Shown one piece after another: positions 10,526 to 21,603 of a DNA stretch of 34,480 nt. Both the position numbers and the translations under genes were made by a program. The notes beneath the pieces were generated by a model that worked only from the letters and a program-made list of their open reading frames with translations, was not told the DNA's origin and did not search any database. Source of the DNA: Spirogloea muscicola (Eukaryota); NCBI GenBank assembly GCA_009602725.1, contig WELB01000001.1:537494-571973 (forward strand), given 5' to 3'. The number at the start of each line of letters is the position of its first letter. Within the stretch, counting starts at the first letter, position 1.

Positions 10526-12796
10526 ATAGTGCATAATTAAATAGCACTTGCGCAATCTCTACATGGGCCTTACCTGGTCTGTCTGTGTATAAATGTCAAC
10601 AGCTCATGGAATCGGATGCTGCAAGTGCATAGCAAAGCCCTTCAGAGTTACAAGAAAAAGGTCGAGACCATGACAGTGCTCAGCACTGGCAACCAATGGC
10701 ACCCTAGCGACAATTTAGTGCAAAAGCGTGCTTCATGGATCTGATTGCAAGTACCTTCAGCAACCAGACTGCAGGGCGATAGGGCTATTTAATGGAGAGT
10801 TAAGGTAAGGTTGCCTTGTGCTCGGGGTCTCAGACAAGTCAGTGCATCAGCTGATCAGGAGTCATGCATGCTAACTCAAAGGGGTCCATGGCTGTTAGAT
10901 GCAAGCCAATGAACCAATGTCCTGTGGGACTGGAAAGTGCAAACCTTAAGCAACATTAGGTGACTACTACATAAAGGTGCTACATGACCCTGGTCAACAC
11001 TCGCAAGTTGGATTACCTAGCAGCTGGAAGAGACCGCCCTGCCACTGAAGACACACGGCTGTAGAGGTAGACCAAAACGCTCAAGATCAAAATGAAGACT
11101 CTGCCATATATGTGCTGCGTCATCAGCAAAGCACCACAGCGCGGGCTGTATTAAGTGAACAAGACGCACTGAAGCACATAGGGACGGCAGCTACGCAACC
11201 CATCTTCAAGGCAATTTGCTGATTGAAGTAGAGAGTGACGTCGAATCTGGAGACTGCTGGTGGGTGGTGGACTTGCTGGAATAGTAGCAGGGCGTCAGCC
11301 CCAGCAAAATCTGTCACTGAGATCGGTGTTCAAATGCGACTGATGCTGTACTTTGCCTCCTCATGACTAGGCCATGACCCTTCCATACATACTTGAAGCT
11401 GTGACGAGGTAGAGCTGCCGGACCCAGGCGTCCTAGGAGGTGTTGCACGGTGCAAAAGGTCAGCTGGGACGACCAAGAATGGCCACATGAACTGCTCCCG
11501 CTTCCTGCGACTTGCAGTGTCATATGAGGACAAGGTAGCTGCAGATCTGAGATTTGCGGAGCATCATCAGTCTGCAAAAGTGTGCAAACACATAAGCTTG
11601 CCTGGGGCTCAAAATTATGTTGCCATGCATCAGCATTGGATGGTCGTAGCGTGTCCCCGTTAGATACAAAGCTCCAAGGTCACTGTCATCACATGCTATG
11701 ACCTGTCCTCAGTGATGCTCAGCTTAGAGAGCTCCAGGCGCCTGTGCTGACCGTCTCTTTGAGCAGTACAACGTTCAAGCGCTTCCCTACATTGTCGCTT
11801 CCGGCTTTTTAAGCTCCGTGGAGTACTAGTGAAGTACGAGCCGATGTGGAAGTCTACACCAGCTGGTGGAGATGGGCATAGATGTATGCAGGTGCAGTTG
11901 CTATGGGGGTATTGTTACGAAGCCTCCAAAGGTCAATTCCTTTTAGCATAATGGCGTTATCTCACTCTTAAGTTTGGCTGTAGGTCTCAAAAGAAGCGAG
12001 CTCTCATGAGGTCTGCAACAGTGACCTAGTATGACGAACCATCTGCTATGCGGTCACTCATAGAGCACCATTCAGGATCAGCGTCATTGCTGGGTGTCAT
12101 ATGCAGGCAACTTTTTCTCCTCTTAGCAGCCATCAGTAAGTAAGAGCTATGTAATGATGAGAAACATGCATTAAGCTTGCAGTGTGGATCTGTATGCTAG
12201 GAGTTTCAAGCAGACAGAAAATTGCCTCGAAGATGTTAACTGGAGCAACTCATCGGCAAAGCTCTGCAATATCAAGGTTTAAAATTGTTCATCCAACGCA
12301 CATGAACAGTGCTTCGGCATGTCCTGACAATACTCGTCCATACACATCTTACGTGTCCTACACACTTTCACGTGAAGGTCAGTCTGCATGGTGACCGTTT
12401 GAAGACTTCATGTTGCACACCAACTAAATGTTCATGCTTTGCAGACACAGCAGCAAGTCTACACAAAGTCAATGTTGATCAGTGCATGTCTAATCATGTT
12501 TGTTAATGTTGCCTGCACTACAGTTTTGTGGCTGTTTCAGCATCTTGAAGCTCTGGCGGCCACAGGCATGTTGATCTTGCTTTCAGTCATTGCAAGGTGC
12601 CATCACTTTAACAACAAGCAGCGTGTTAGGAGATCATCATTGACCATAATCTCTCAACACACATGATTTCACAGCTTTCAATGAAAGCGAGCTCCAATAC
12701 TACGTATTGCCAGCATAGCCACTAGGTGCGCACGGTAATGCCCGGCACTTGCGTGAAAGAATGTGTCAGGTTTGACATGCAAGCTCCTGTTTGGAG

Positions 12797-15700
12797 CTAT
12801 ACATCACCTTCCTTAATAACAACTGTGTAATTACGGTGAGGGCCAGTGTACCTTCGGAATAGTTGGTAGGCTACAGCGAACATGGCTGCCGAGAGAAGCG
12901 CCACAACAGTTATAGCCGTCCAGCCAGGGATCACCAAGAGACCGATCGTTATGGAGGTTGCCGCAGCTGCAGCTCTTGCTTTCTCCCGCTCAAGGAGCTG
13001 CACACCAATTATGCAGGCAGTACCTTTCAGCATGTGTTGGCAAGTTGATATGCTGACAAGACTATGAATGTCAAGCAAGCAGGCTTGAAGCCCGGAAGCT
13101 AGGCCCCCAAGTAGCATGTGCTAATTGTAGGGTATATTTAAGACAGTGAACATGCTCAATACTGTGGACACTACTGTCAGGCTACATGCAACTTATCAAA
13201 GTTAACCAGCAATAGCGACGTGGGGGGTTCAAGAGCTTGCTTGGTACTCACGTTTTTCAGCTTGTCAATCTCCTTCTGCAACTCTGCTGAATCCTGTTTG
13301 CCGCCCACAAACAGTCCTTTACGGTTTGCTAGCCTAACCAATTTATAGCACTCGGGATTTAGCACTGTGGCGTTGAGGGTCGATAGGCACTGTCCATAGT
13401 ATCCAACCACAACATTTCCTGTACTTGCAGGGTGAGAAGGACAGTACTTGTCCACGTCTCCATCGCACTGCTTCGTCAGGTCAGCTCCAGCCAAATATTG
13501 GAAAAGAGCCATGCGTACAGCATAGGACACCTGGCACAAAAGCAGCAATGAAGAGCTCAGACATAGTATGTATCTGGCTGGCTTTACACAGCCGATTTTT
13601 TCCATATCAGCAGCCGCTTTCTTTCGACATAGGCAGATCACTCCAAGCTTAATGACATGCCACCGGATAAGTTGACTGTACATACACCTCACATAACATT
13701 ACGACTGAGCATTGTACTGTCTCAACTTTCAGATTCCCTGAGTAAAAACAGATGTCCTGAGTAAACATCCCCTGCGTGCAAGTTTCTGCCCAGCAATGCT
13801 GCCGGCAAAAATAGAATCTGCATTTAATGGACACATACCTCGGTGCCGCAACCAGCTGTCAGATTTTTGAAGTTACTTATCAAGCACAGGAGGACTTTAG
13901 CATGGCCTTCCTGGCCCTTGTCAGCATCCTTGCACACACGCTGTACGTCACTTGTGCACTCATCTCGTAACCTTATGTCCAACTTGTAATTGGCAGCATG
14001 TCGAGCCTCCTACACGAGCACGGGACACAAGGTTTGTAATTGAGATCATGGCCGGCATAGTTACAAAAGGAGTGAACATGTCAAGCACCGTAAGATGTGG
14101 CCTAGCCCCTCAATAGTAGTAACAGATCTATGTGAATTTGAATGAGGCAAAAGCTAACCTGAATGTTGACTTCTCCTTGACAAGCAGCTCCCAATTTATC
14201 ATCTAGCAAAGCCTCCTGCAGGCACTTAAAAGCTTCACCGTTTGAAGGACGCACTCCTCTGCACATCAGATTTAAGTCTGCAAGGGGCGGTGACAGATGA
14301 TGAGAGGTGTACTGATCAAATGAGTGCACAACCCCAGCTAGTCGTACAGAGCAGCAGCTACACGAACACTGTCACCTCTGCTGGTGTTTGCACCCTCTCT
14401 TGCTAAGCATCTGTTGCACTGAAGGGCAAGCTCTTCTAATGCGAAGTGTAACCCAATACGATGAACTATCCTTTACCTAGACCGCAAGCGTTCATGAGGG
14501 TAGGCGTCAAGCGTATGTCACTTGCCTGTCAAACACATGCACCATCAAGACACCTTGCTTACTTTAAGAGGTATATGCAAAACTCTGGTCAGGCAACCTC
14601 ATGCAATGATATGTACAACGCTTCACAGCAAGCACAGAGCATACGCTGAATCGCCAAAGGCAAGCATATCATACATTTCTAGGACTGTCTCCCAGGACAG
14701 AAAGTCGCTCAGATTATGCAAGTGTCTACCATTGACCATCAAATGCAATTCGCGGCCTACCTCCATCTCACTAAAGCGCATCTCCTCGACCTTGCACTTG
14801 TCTGTTAGCTGTTCACGGTTCTTCCTCAGACAAGTCAATGTCTTCGAGTGGTCCTTGCTGACACGCTCGCAGAACTTTGTGAGGTCATCCTTGCATGCCA
14901 TTTGGAGGGGCACATCGAGTTGTATGTCTGCTGCCTCCAACTTTTGGAAGAGAAATACTTCCTCCCCACAAGAGGAGCTCAGATTGCCCACGTTTTTCTC
15001 AAGGCACTCAATCATCTTGCCGTTGCAGGTATCAGACCCAGCTGCTTCAACTTCGTCACACGCATGTAGACACAATGAGGAAGTCTCTTTCACGCATGCT
15101 TTTGTCAGCTTGTAGTTAAGGCGATAATCTGCGCAAGGGGTCACCCACAGAGCTCTTCCAATGAGTGCACACAACAATCTGGGACTCAACATTTATAAGT
15201 GCATGAGCAGATAACCGCTGCATGTAAATGGTACCAGCAAGTGCTGATAGCGGTTGCCCATACGAGAAGGCTGAAGGCCACGTACACTGACATCCCTAAT
15301 GCCAAGAATGGCCATATGTAAAGGGTGGTGAGATCATCCGAGCCTCTCCTTACTGACCTTGAGCTGAGTGCTCCATGTCGCTCTTGACCTCCTTCTTACA
15401 TTCTTCACTCATGCTCTTCAGGTTCATACTCGCTTGTAAGCATTTGATGACCCGCCCATGACCTGGATATGCCCGGTCCATAAACAGCAACTACCTCAAT
15501 GACAATGCATGCTCGTATGATACTCAACACAATGTTCTTCAAAGTATGTTTCCAGTGCAGTGTGATTTGCACTTGATTCGACCATTTCCATGCCCGCCGT
15601 CCAATCAGCGAAGAGGTTGACTGGCCCTTGTGGATAAGAAGCTGAAGCTTGTTGCACATGCCCTAATGAAGTCTGACAGACTCTTGCAAGACAGAGGCAG

Positions 15701-18700
15701 TCACCTTGCTCGATGTCCTTGCAGATATCTTTAATTTCCATGGCACAGGCTTGCTTCATCGGCAATTTGAAGTCAATGTCTTCTGCCATTCGCATCTCCT
15801 GATCAAACCAAGCAATCAGCACAAATAACATAAAGGTACAGAAGCAAGAATATCGAGCTAGGCTCACTCTTCACAGTCTTCCAGACCTCCTGGCTCCTTG
15901 ATGCTACAGCTTAAGCCCGGCCTTGTACAAGCAAATATTACCAATTGCATAGTGCAGCCTTGTGCGAACGACCTTCTACAAATGATCTGCTACATCTGAA
16001 TGGAATCTCTAAAACCTTGTCGATGCTCTCGTACTTGCTCAAACAATACCGACTGACACGTCAATGCCAGCTGGTCCTTGTGATCCTGTAAGCACTTCAC
16101 TTCTTCACCAGGTCCAAAAGGCTTGTCAGGCTTGCCTTCACAGAACTTTGCCAGGTCATCTGTCAGAAAGGATGACAACGTCATACAAGGAAAGGGGGGG
16201 GGAGCAAAAGCAGCCTTGTTGTGAACAATCAGATGGTGCTCACATACAAAGGCAATGCCCAGCCGGCTGCATTTTCGTGTGCAGAGGTGTGGTGCCGTCC
16301 AGAGGACACATCAGTGGAGCTACAAGCCAGCTGCCACACTTACCTTTACAAACTGCTGCCAAAGGGTAATTGAAACGAATGTCCTCAGCAGCTCGCTGAG
16401 TAAGTCGGTGAACTTGCTGGCGACACATCGGATCTGTGAGTTCGTCCTTGAAGTCTTGGATGCACTGTATGATCTCCGAATCATGACGGCTCCTCACTGC
16501 ATAATAATCCATATCCTCATCGCAGATCTGACACAGGAACATTACCTAGGACCAGGTCAGTCTGTGCAATGACGCAAATCAACAACGTGCAACAGATTGG
16601 TCGTACTGGTGCGACAGAGATAACATTGAGATAGACAGATAGCAACCAGAATGTTGATGTGGTCGATCTGGCGGTGTGAACCAGGCGCACATTGGTAATG
16701 TCGCTGCCGCAGTACTTGACGAGCTTTGCATCCAGTCGGAAATCCAAAGCACGACGAGCCATCATCTTCTCTAGTTCTCCTTTGCTGCATGATGAAGCGG
16801 ATCCTGGTTTACATAGCATCCAGCACTAATTTCCCCTCCACAAGTAGCAGGTAGAATTTGAGCAGGTGTTGCACTGAGGCCTCTACCCACCCACCCAACA
16901 AGGAAGCTCTTGATCTAGAAACCGGTCATGTGCTATTTGGAGCCCAATTGTCAAAAAAGTATGACAGGCACCTACCTGTCCTCACTGTTCCTTACCAGCT
17001 TGCTGAGAATGACGATTCAAGTCGATGTGCTTCAAGGCAGTCCTTAACTCGGGCCTCACCAGGTACAATGTCGTTGCAGAAGGCCTTCTTATCATTGATG
17101 CAGGCTGGAAAAGCATCAATCAGATTGTTACTGACAGAATTGCATAGCCAGGATTCTGAGGCACAGGAGCCTCTTTCATGTGCCTCAAAAGATCCAGAGG
17201 TCTAGGGGGGAGAGTAGCTTATGCAAAGCTAAGTTGCAAATAACAGAGACATTGGAACACAATCTGCAAGCAGATAGTGGATACTTGATGGAAAAGCAGT
17301 GACCTTTGTACAGGCGAACATTTAGGCGGATGTCATCGGTATTATCAATCTCCTCAATGAACATTTCATCAGCACAGACCTGGCCTAATTCCAACAGATG
17401 ACTTGTCTGCAGCACAAACATCCGGCGGAGAAGACAAGATGTCCATTCATCCATGTCCAGAGCAACTAGCAAGTCATCCTCTCATGACCGGAGAGCGCAA
17501 GCGACACCAACCTTGGACCCTCTAGCGACCTTCAAGAGTCACTGCTAAATAGATGCCTGTTCCTTTACTTGTTCCAACAATTTCAGACCTGATACATCGG
17601 CTGACTGCAACAGGCACCACAACCATCAATTGTGGTGCTCATTGACATTACCAGGCAAGCTTGTACACGACCTCCTCCAGGTTTTGTATCATTGCAAAAT
17701 GTCTTGACGTCTTTGCTGCACGCATTCTTGAGCCCTGGATTGAAGGCATAGTCGACTGCAGCATCTAGGCGAGCTTTGAACACCTCTTCCTTGCAGTCTG
17801 GAGTCACAGAGTCTTTCTTGTCTCTGAACATAAGGTCAACCACAGAACAAAAACAAGGCAGAGAGTCACGTGTAGCAAAAACGTATGCAGCCAGGTCCAA
17901 GGAGCATCGGCAACGCAAAAGGTGGTGGAGGAGCTGAAGGCAAATAAGAGCACTGTGCAATAATCTTGGTGCAGATGTCACTATCTTCATTCACATGCAC
18001 CCATCTTGGTCCAAAATGTATGCCACTCTGTGAAGCCACTGTGACCTACTTCAAGCATCTAAGGAGGTCATCTCCATATATTGGGTCGTTTTCACAGTGC
18101 TTCCCAATATCTGCCTTGCAAGCGTCATCTGCCAGACGACAACCCAAGGCCTGCCTCAGAGACTTGCTTCCAGAGAGTTAACCACTGTATCTGACGAATC
18201 TCCATAGCAGCCAAGCTTGGAAATTACAGCCACTCAGGACTTGGCACTGCTCTTGCCCGCCTATGGCTCATACACGCAACAGTCCCACTGCTGTCACAGG
18301 ACTACCACATTGCACCTCTCACAGTCTCTTATTCATCACTTACACAGCTTCTTGTCCAGCTTCAAGTTGCTGTACATCTGGATCTTGAAGTCTCGCAAGT
18401 CACCCTGGCAAGGTGCAGACACTTGAAGGCCTGTAGACAAACAGTGCACTTGCTTACAGATTCAGATACCGACTGTGTAACACTACCCGTCGCTTTTGAC
18501 TCAATAAGCTCAAAGAAGGCACACCTCCTTCAAGTCCTTTGGCACAGTGCAATATGCAAATTTGCGAGCAAGGTATTCTGCTGTTTCATGCAGTGTGAGT
18601 GGCGACAAGAATACCGCTGTCCACGTTGGCAAGCTTCTCTTCGGTCACTCGCGCACTCAAACACTCCAGTAGCCGACCTCCTCCTGGCACAATGTCCTTG

Positions 18701-19270
18701 CAAAAAGTTGCAGCATCTCTGCTGCAATTACCTGCGAGTTTGGCAGAGGCCGGCGAGCTTGAGGGAAACTGTCATTGGAAAGAAACTGAGAGCAGAGGGC
18801 ATTCGTCGGCACCATGCCAGCAACAGACTTGCTGCGGTTGGCACAACGACTACCTTTCAAAGACACGTCGTCTGCAGGCGCTCCGGCAGCATCGACAGTG
18901 GGAGGAGCCCCCACCGTCCGGGGGGAGGGATTGTCCATGAGGAGGTCATCCTCCTCGTCTATAGGGTCGTCGGCATCGACAGAGGCCGCGTGCCGGAAGC
19001 CCGTGACGAGCAGTGTGGCGACGAGCAGGAACCGGTACGTCCGCATCGGCCGTCCCTGGTCAGGAGGCGCCTGGCCAAGGATCAGCAATCCAACAAGGCA
19101 TGGACTCCCAGCCTGTGCTCGCCGGGCGAAGCGAGCAACGAGGCGGGCCGAGCCAATTGGCAAGGCCAGCCGGCTCCCGCGAGCGCGGCGCGCCAGTGCG
19201 GCGCGGATCGGCGGGCGGCAGGCGCGGCATCATCGGCACGAAGCCCGGGCGACGAGGCGGGCCTGACCAT
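12797..19270 (-). CDS. GLG1-like (MG-160/ESL-1 family) cysteine-rich-repeat type I membrane protein, ~886 aa, ~19 coding exons
   Basis: Signal peptide MRTYRFLLVATLLV (ATG 19046, or an ATG-only exon at 19270-19268). Recurring GLG1 repeats: DYAFNPGLKNACSKDVKTFC..PGGGRVQACL, DIRLNVRLYKACINDKKAFC..PGEARVKDCL, DFRLDAKLVKYC, DIRFNYPLAAVC, DIDFKLPMKQAC, DYRLNYKLTKAC, DIRLTPTLMNAC. C-terminal TM helix and short tail RRYTGPHRNYTVVIKEGDV. Approximate exons: 19055-18854, 18731-18615, 18430-18344, 18128-18050, 17823-17652, 17406-17304, 17104-16996, 16784-16691, 16527-16344, 16159-16035, 15798-15705, 15462-15358, 15128-14761, 14525-14477, 14277-14159, 14009-13839, 13530-13252, 12997-12797. Confidence 0.9.
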
Positions 19271-19470
19271 GGCGGCGGCGAGCGCGCGGCGGAGCGGCAC
19301 GACGGCGGTGGCCGCGGCGCTTGTGGCGGCGGAGATGGCGGCGGAAGCGGGGGGCCCGGGCCGGCTGGGGCTGGCTGGCGAGGGGCGCGGGGCGGGAAGC
19401 GGCGCGCCGGATCCGTCGGCGCCGCTGCCGGCGGGCCGCCTGGGAAAGGGGGCGCGCGGGGACCTCGAAG
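19100..19470. promoter_or_regulatory. GC/CpG-rich island over the promoter, first exon and first intron of the GLG1-like gene
   Basis: Extreme GC and CpG density, containing GCCGCCGCCATG on the minus strand. Confidence 0.65.
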
Positions 19471-19509
19471 GAGCGGGCTTTGATTGTTAGGCTGGGCTAC
19501 CATCGCCAC

Positions 19510-19735
19510 CGCCAGACCTTGTCCATTCCATTGGGCTGGCCACTCCCAGCCACAGCCACCAGTTCATCTGGCCGCGCTTGCTTCTCTTACTTTGCAGGAG
19601 CCGTCTCCTGCGCACTTTAACAGAGAGAGAAGTGCGCGCCCACTTTAACAGGGCTGGACTTTCACGGCGCGCACTTCGCTCTTTTCGGGCTGGCTTCTCA
19701 CAGCCCTTGCCCCCATTGGGAGAGCCACTTCTTTC
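19510..19735 (+). repeat. Cluster of 3 copies of the GGGCTG-N8-CAGCC element
   Basis: GGGCTG at 19533, 19651 and 19687. 19698-19727 is identical over 30 nt to the reverse complement of 3976-4005. Confidence 0.85.
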
Positions 19736-19815
19736 TGCAGCGAGCTACTCAGACCTGATGTTGCTCCTGCGCCGCCCGGGCCAAGGAGCTAAAATACGCA
19801 TATCGTATGTTGTAG

Positions 19816-20046
19816 TGTAGTCCTTTCTCCGGCTCCTCTTGCTTTGAGCCGGCTGACTTCAACGCCGCTGGCTCGTGGGCTCAGGTGTATCGTATGCGCT
19901 TGTCCGTCTCCCTCCAGCGGTCCATGGCCCACGCCTTGCATCTGCGTGCTGGCCGTGCTCTCGCTGCGGCCTCCGGCTTTCGTCAGGGGGATAGTTTACC
20001 GGCAGCTAGTCTGTCGGATGTGAGGCTCCTCACTCGTAACTACTAA
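19816..20046 (+). mobile_element. 5'-truncated 3' end of an RLE-type non-LTR retrotransposon ORF
   Basis: Open frame FEPADFNAAGSWAQVYRMRLSVSLQRSMAHALHLRAGRALAAASGFRQGDSLPAASLSDVRLLTRNY ending in TAA at 20044-20046, directly before the gap. It is homologous to the relics at 350-670 and 1190-1480 and is absent from the ORF track. Confidence 0.7.
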
Positions 20047-20774
20047 NNNNNNNNNNNNNNNNNNNNNNNNNNNNNNNNNNNNNNNNNNNNNNNNNNNNNN
20101 NNNNNNNNNNNNNNNNNNNNNNNNNNNNNNNNNNNNNNNNNNNNNNNNNNNNNNNNNNNNNNNNNNNNNNNNNNNNNNNNNNNNNNNNNNNNNNNNNNNN
20201 NNNNNNNNNNNNNNNNNNNNNNNNNNNNNNNNNNNNNNNNNNNNNNNNNNNNNNNNNNNNNNNNNNNNNNNNNNNNNNNNNNNNNNNNNNNNNNNNNNNN
20301 NNNNNNNNNNNNNNNNNNNNNNNNNNNNNNNNNNNNNNNNNNNNNNNNNNNNNNNNNNNNNNNNNNNNNNNNNNNNNNNNNNNNNNNNNNNNNNNNNNNN
20401 NNNNNNNNNNNNNNNNNNNNNNNNNNNNNNNNNNNNNNNNNNNNNNNNNNNNNNNNNNNNNNNNNNNNNNNNNNNNNNNNNNNNNNNNNNNNNNNNNNNN
20501 NNNNNNNNNNNNNNNNNNNNNNNNNNNNNNNNNNNNNNNNNNNNNNNNNNNNNNNNNNNNNNNNNNNNNNNNNNNNNNNNNNNNNNNNNNNNNNNNNNNN
20601 NNNNNNNNNNNNNNNNNNNNNNNNNNNNNNNNNNNNNNNNNNNNNNNNNNNNNNNNNNNNNNNNNNNNNNNNNNNNNNNNNNNNNNNNNNNNNNNNNNNN
20701 NNNNNNNNNNNNNNNNNNNNNNNNNNNNNNNNNNNNNNNNNNNNNNNNNNNNNNNNNNNNNNNNNNNNNNNNNN
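20047..20774. other. Assembly gap (N run)
   Basis: Run of n characters. Confidence 1.
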
Positions 20775-20839
20775 GGGGTTGGGGGGCGGGGCATTGAGGG
20801 GCACTCGAAGCTAGCCAAACCCTGAATGGCCATCCCATG

Positions 20840-20960
20840 TTGGCCTTTCAGACATTGCTCGTGCCACTGGGATGGCCTCTCACAGCCATTGCCTTGCATA
20901 GAACATAGAAAGAGCTGTTCTTTTGGGCTGTCCTTTCATAGCAATCGCCCCCCAACAAAG
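20840..20960 (+). repeat. Two degenerate copies of the dispersed element
   Basis: GGGATG-N8-CAGCC at 20869 and GGGCTG at 20925. 20878-20899 is identical over 22 nt to the reverse complement of 33372-33393. Confidence 0.7.
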
Positions 20961-21100
20961 AGCTTCTTCTCCTGTATGCGTTTCAGTATCATATGTGCTC
21001 ACACGTGGGTACTCTTGTCCCCATTTAGCTGTGCGCCCTGTTACTACAGCCACTCTTAGCCTAGGGCTTCCAGTTGTGTAGCTCCAAGCTTTTGTACCAA

Positions 21101-21144
21101 TTGTACTGTGTACTATACTGACTTGTACTGTGTACTATACTGAC
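21101..21144 (+). repeat. Perfect 22-bp tandem duplication
   Basis: TTGTACTGTGTACTATACTGAC occurs twice in a row. Confidence 0.9.
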
Positions 21145-21603
21145 TCGGCTTGGACTCCCTCGCATTCCATGCGCACTGCATGCCTTCTATCTTTCTCTCA
21201 ATCCAGGATTGTGGCTGCCGCCCCTGACATTTGCAAAATCGCAGTGGGCCAATGAGAGGTTGACCGCCGACGCAAGCCAACAGGGCGCAAGCGACTCATG
21301 GATGACCAAGCTCCAGCGGATCACGGTACTTCATAGAAGCTTCACAGCTCACTGTTACTGGCCCTTTCTGCGGACTGCAGCCTCTCTGCGTGCACAAGGG
21401 GGCGCGCATTCTTTCATCAGAGTGTGTCATGACTCTGTATCAAGCTTTGTGCAAGCGTGAATCTTGGACGTCAAGGGTCTGCACAGTCGTCAATAGTTAT
21501 GTGCTTTGATACGCTAATGCATGAGCAGGCTATAATAAGAGATTGTTCAATGTGGACCGCTGCGCCAGGTCATGCCTGCTGCCAAAGCATGATGTACTTC
21601 ATT

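Noticed and set aside
10560..12780. Short ORFs between the sulfotransferase and GLG1-like genes
   Set aside because: No motifs, no consistent exon chain and no associated GC island.
18423..19620. Many long overlapping Arg/Ala/Gly/Pro-rich ORFs here and in other GC islands
   Set aside because: An artefact of stop-codon scarcity in GC-rich DNA, and antisense to real exons.
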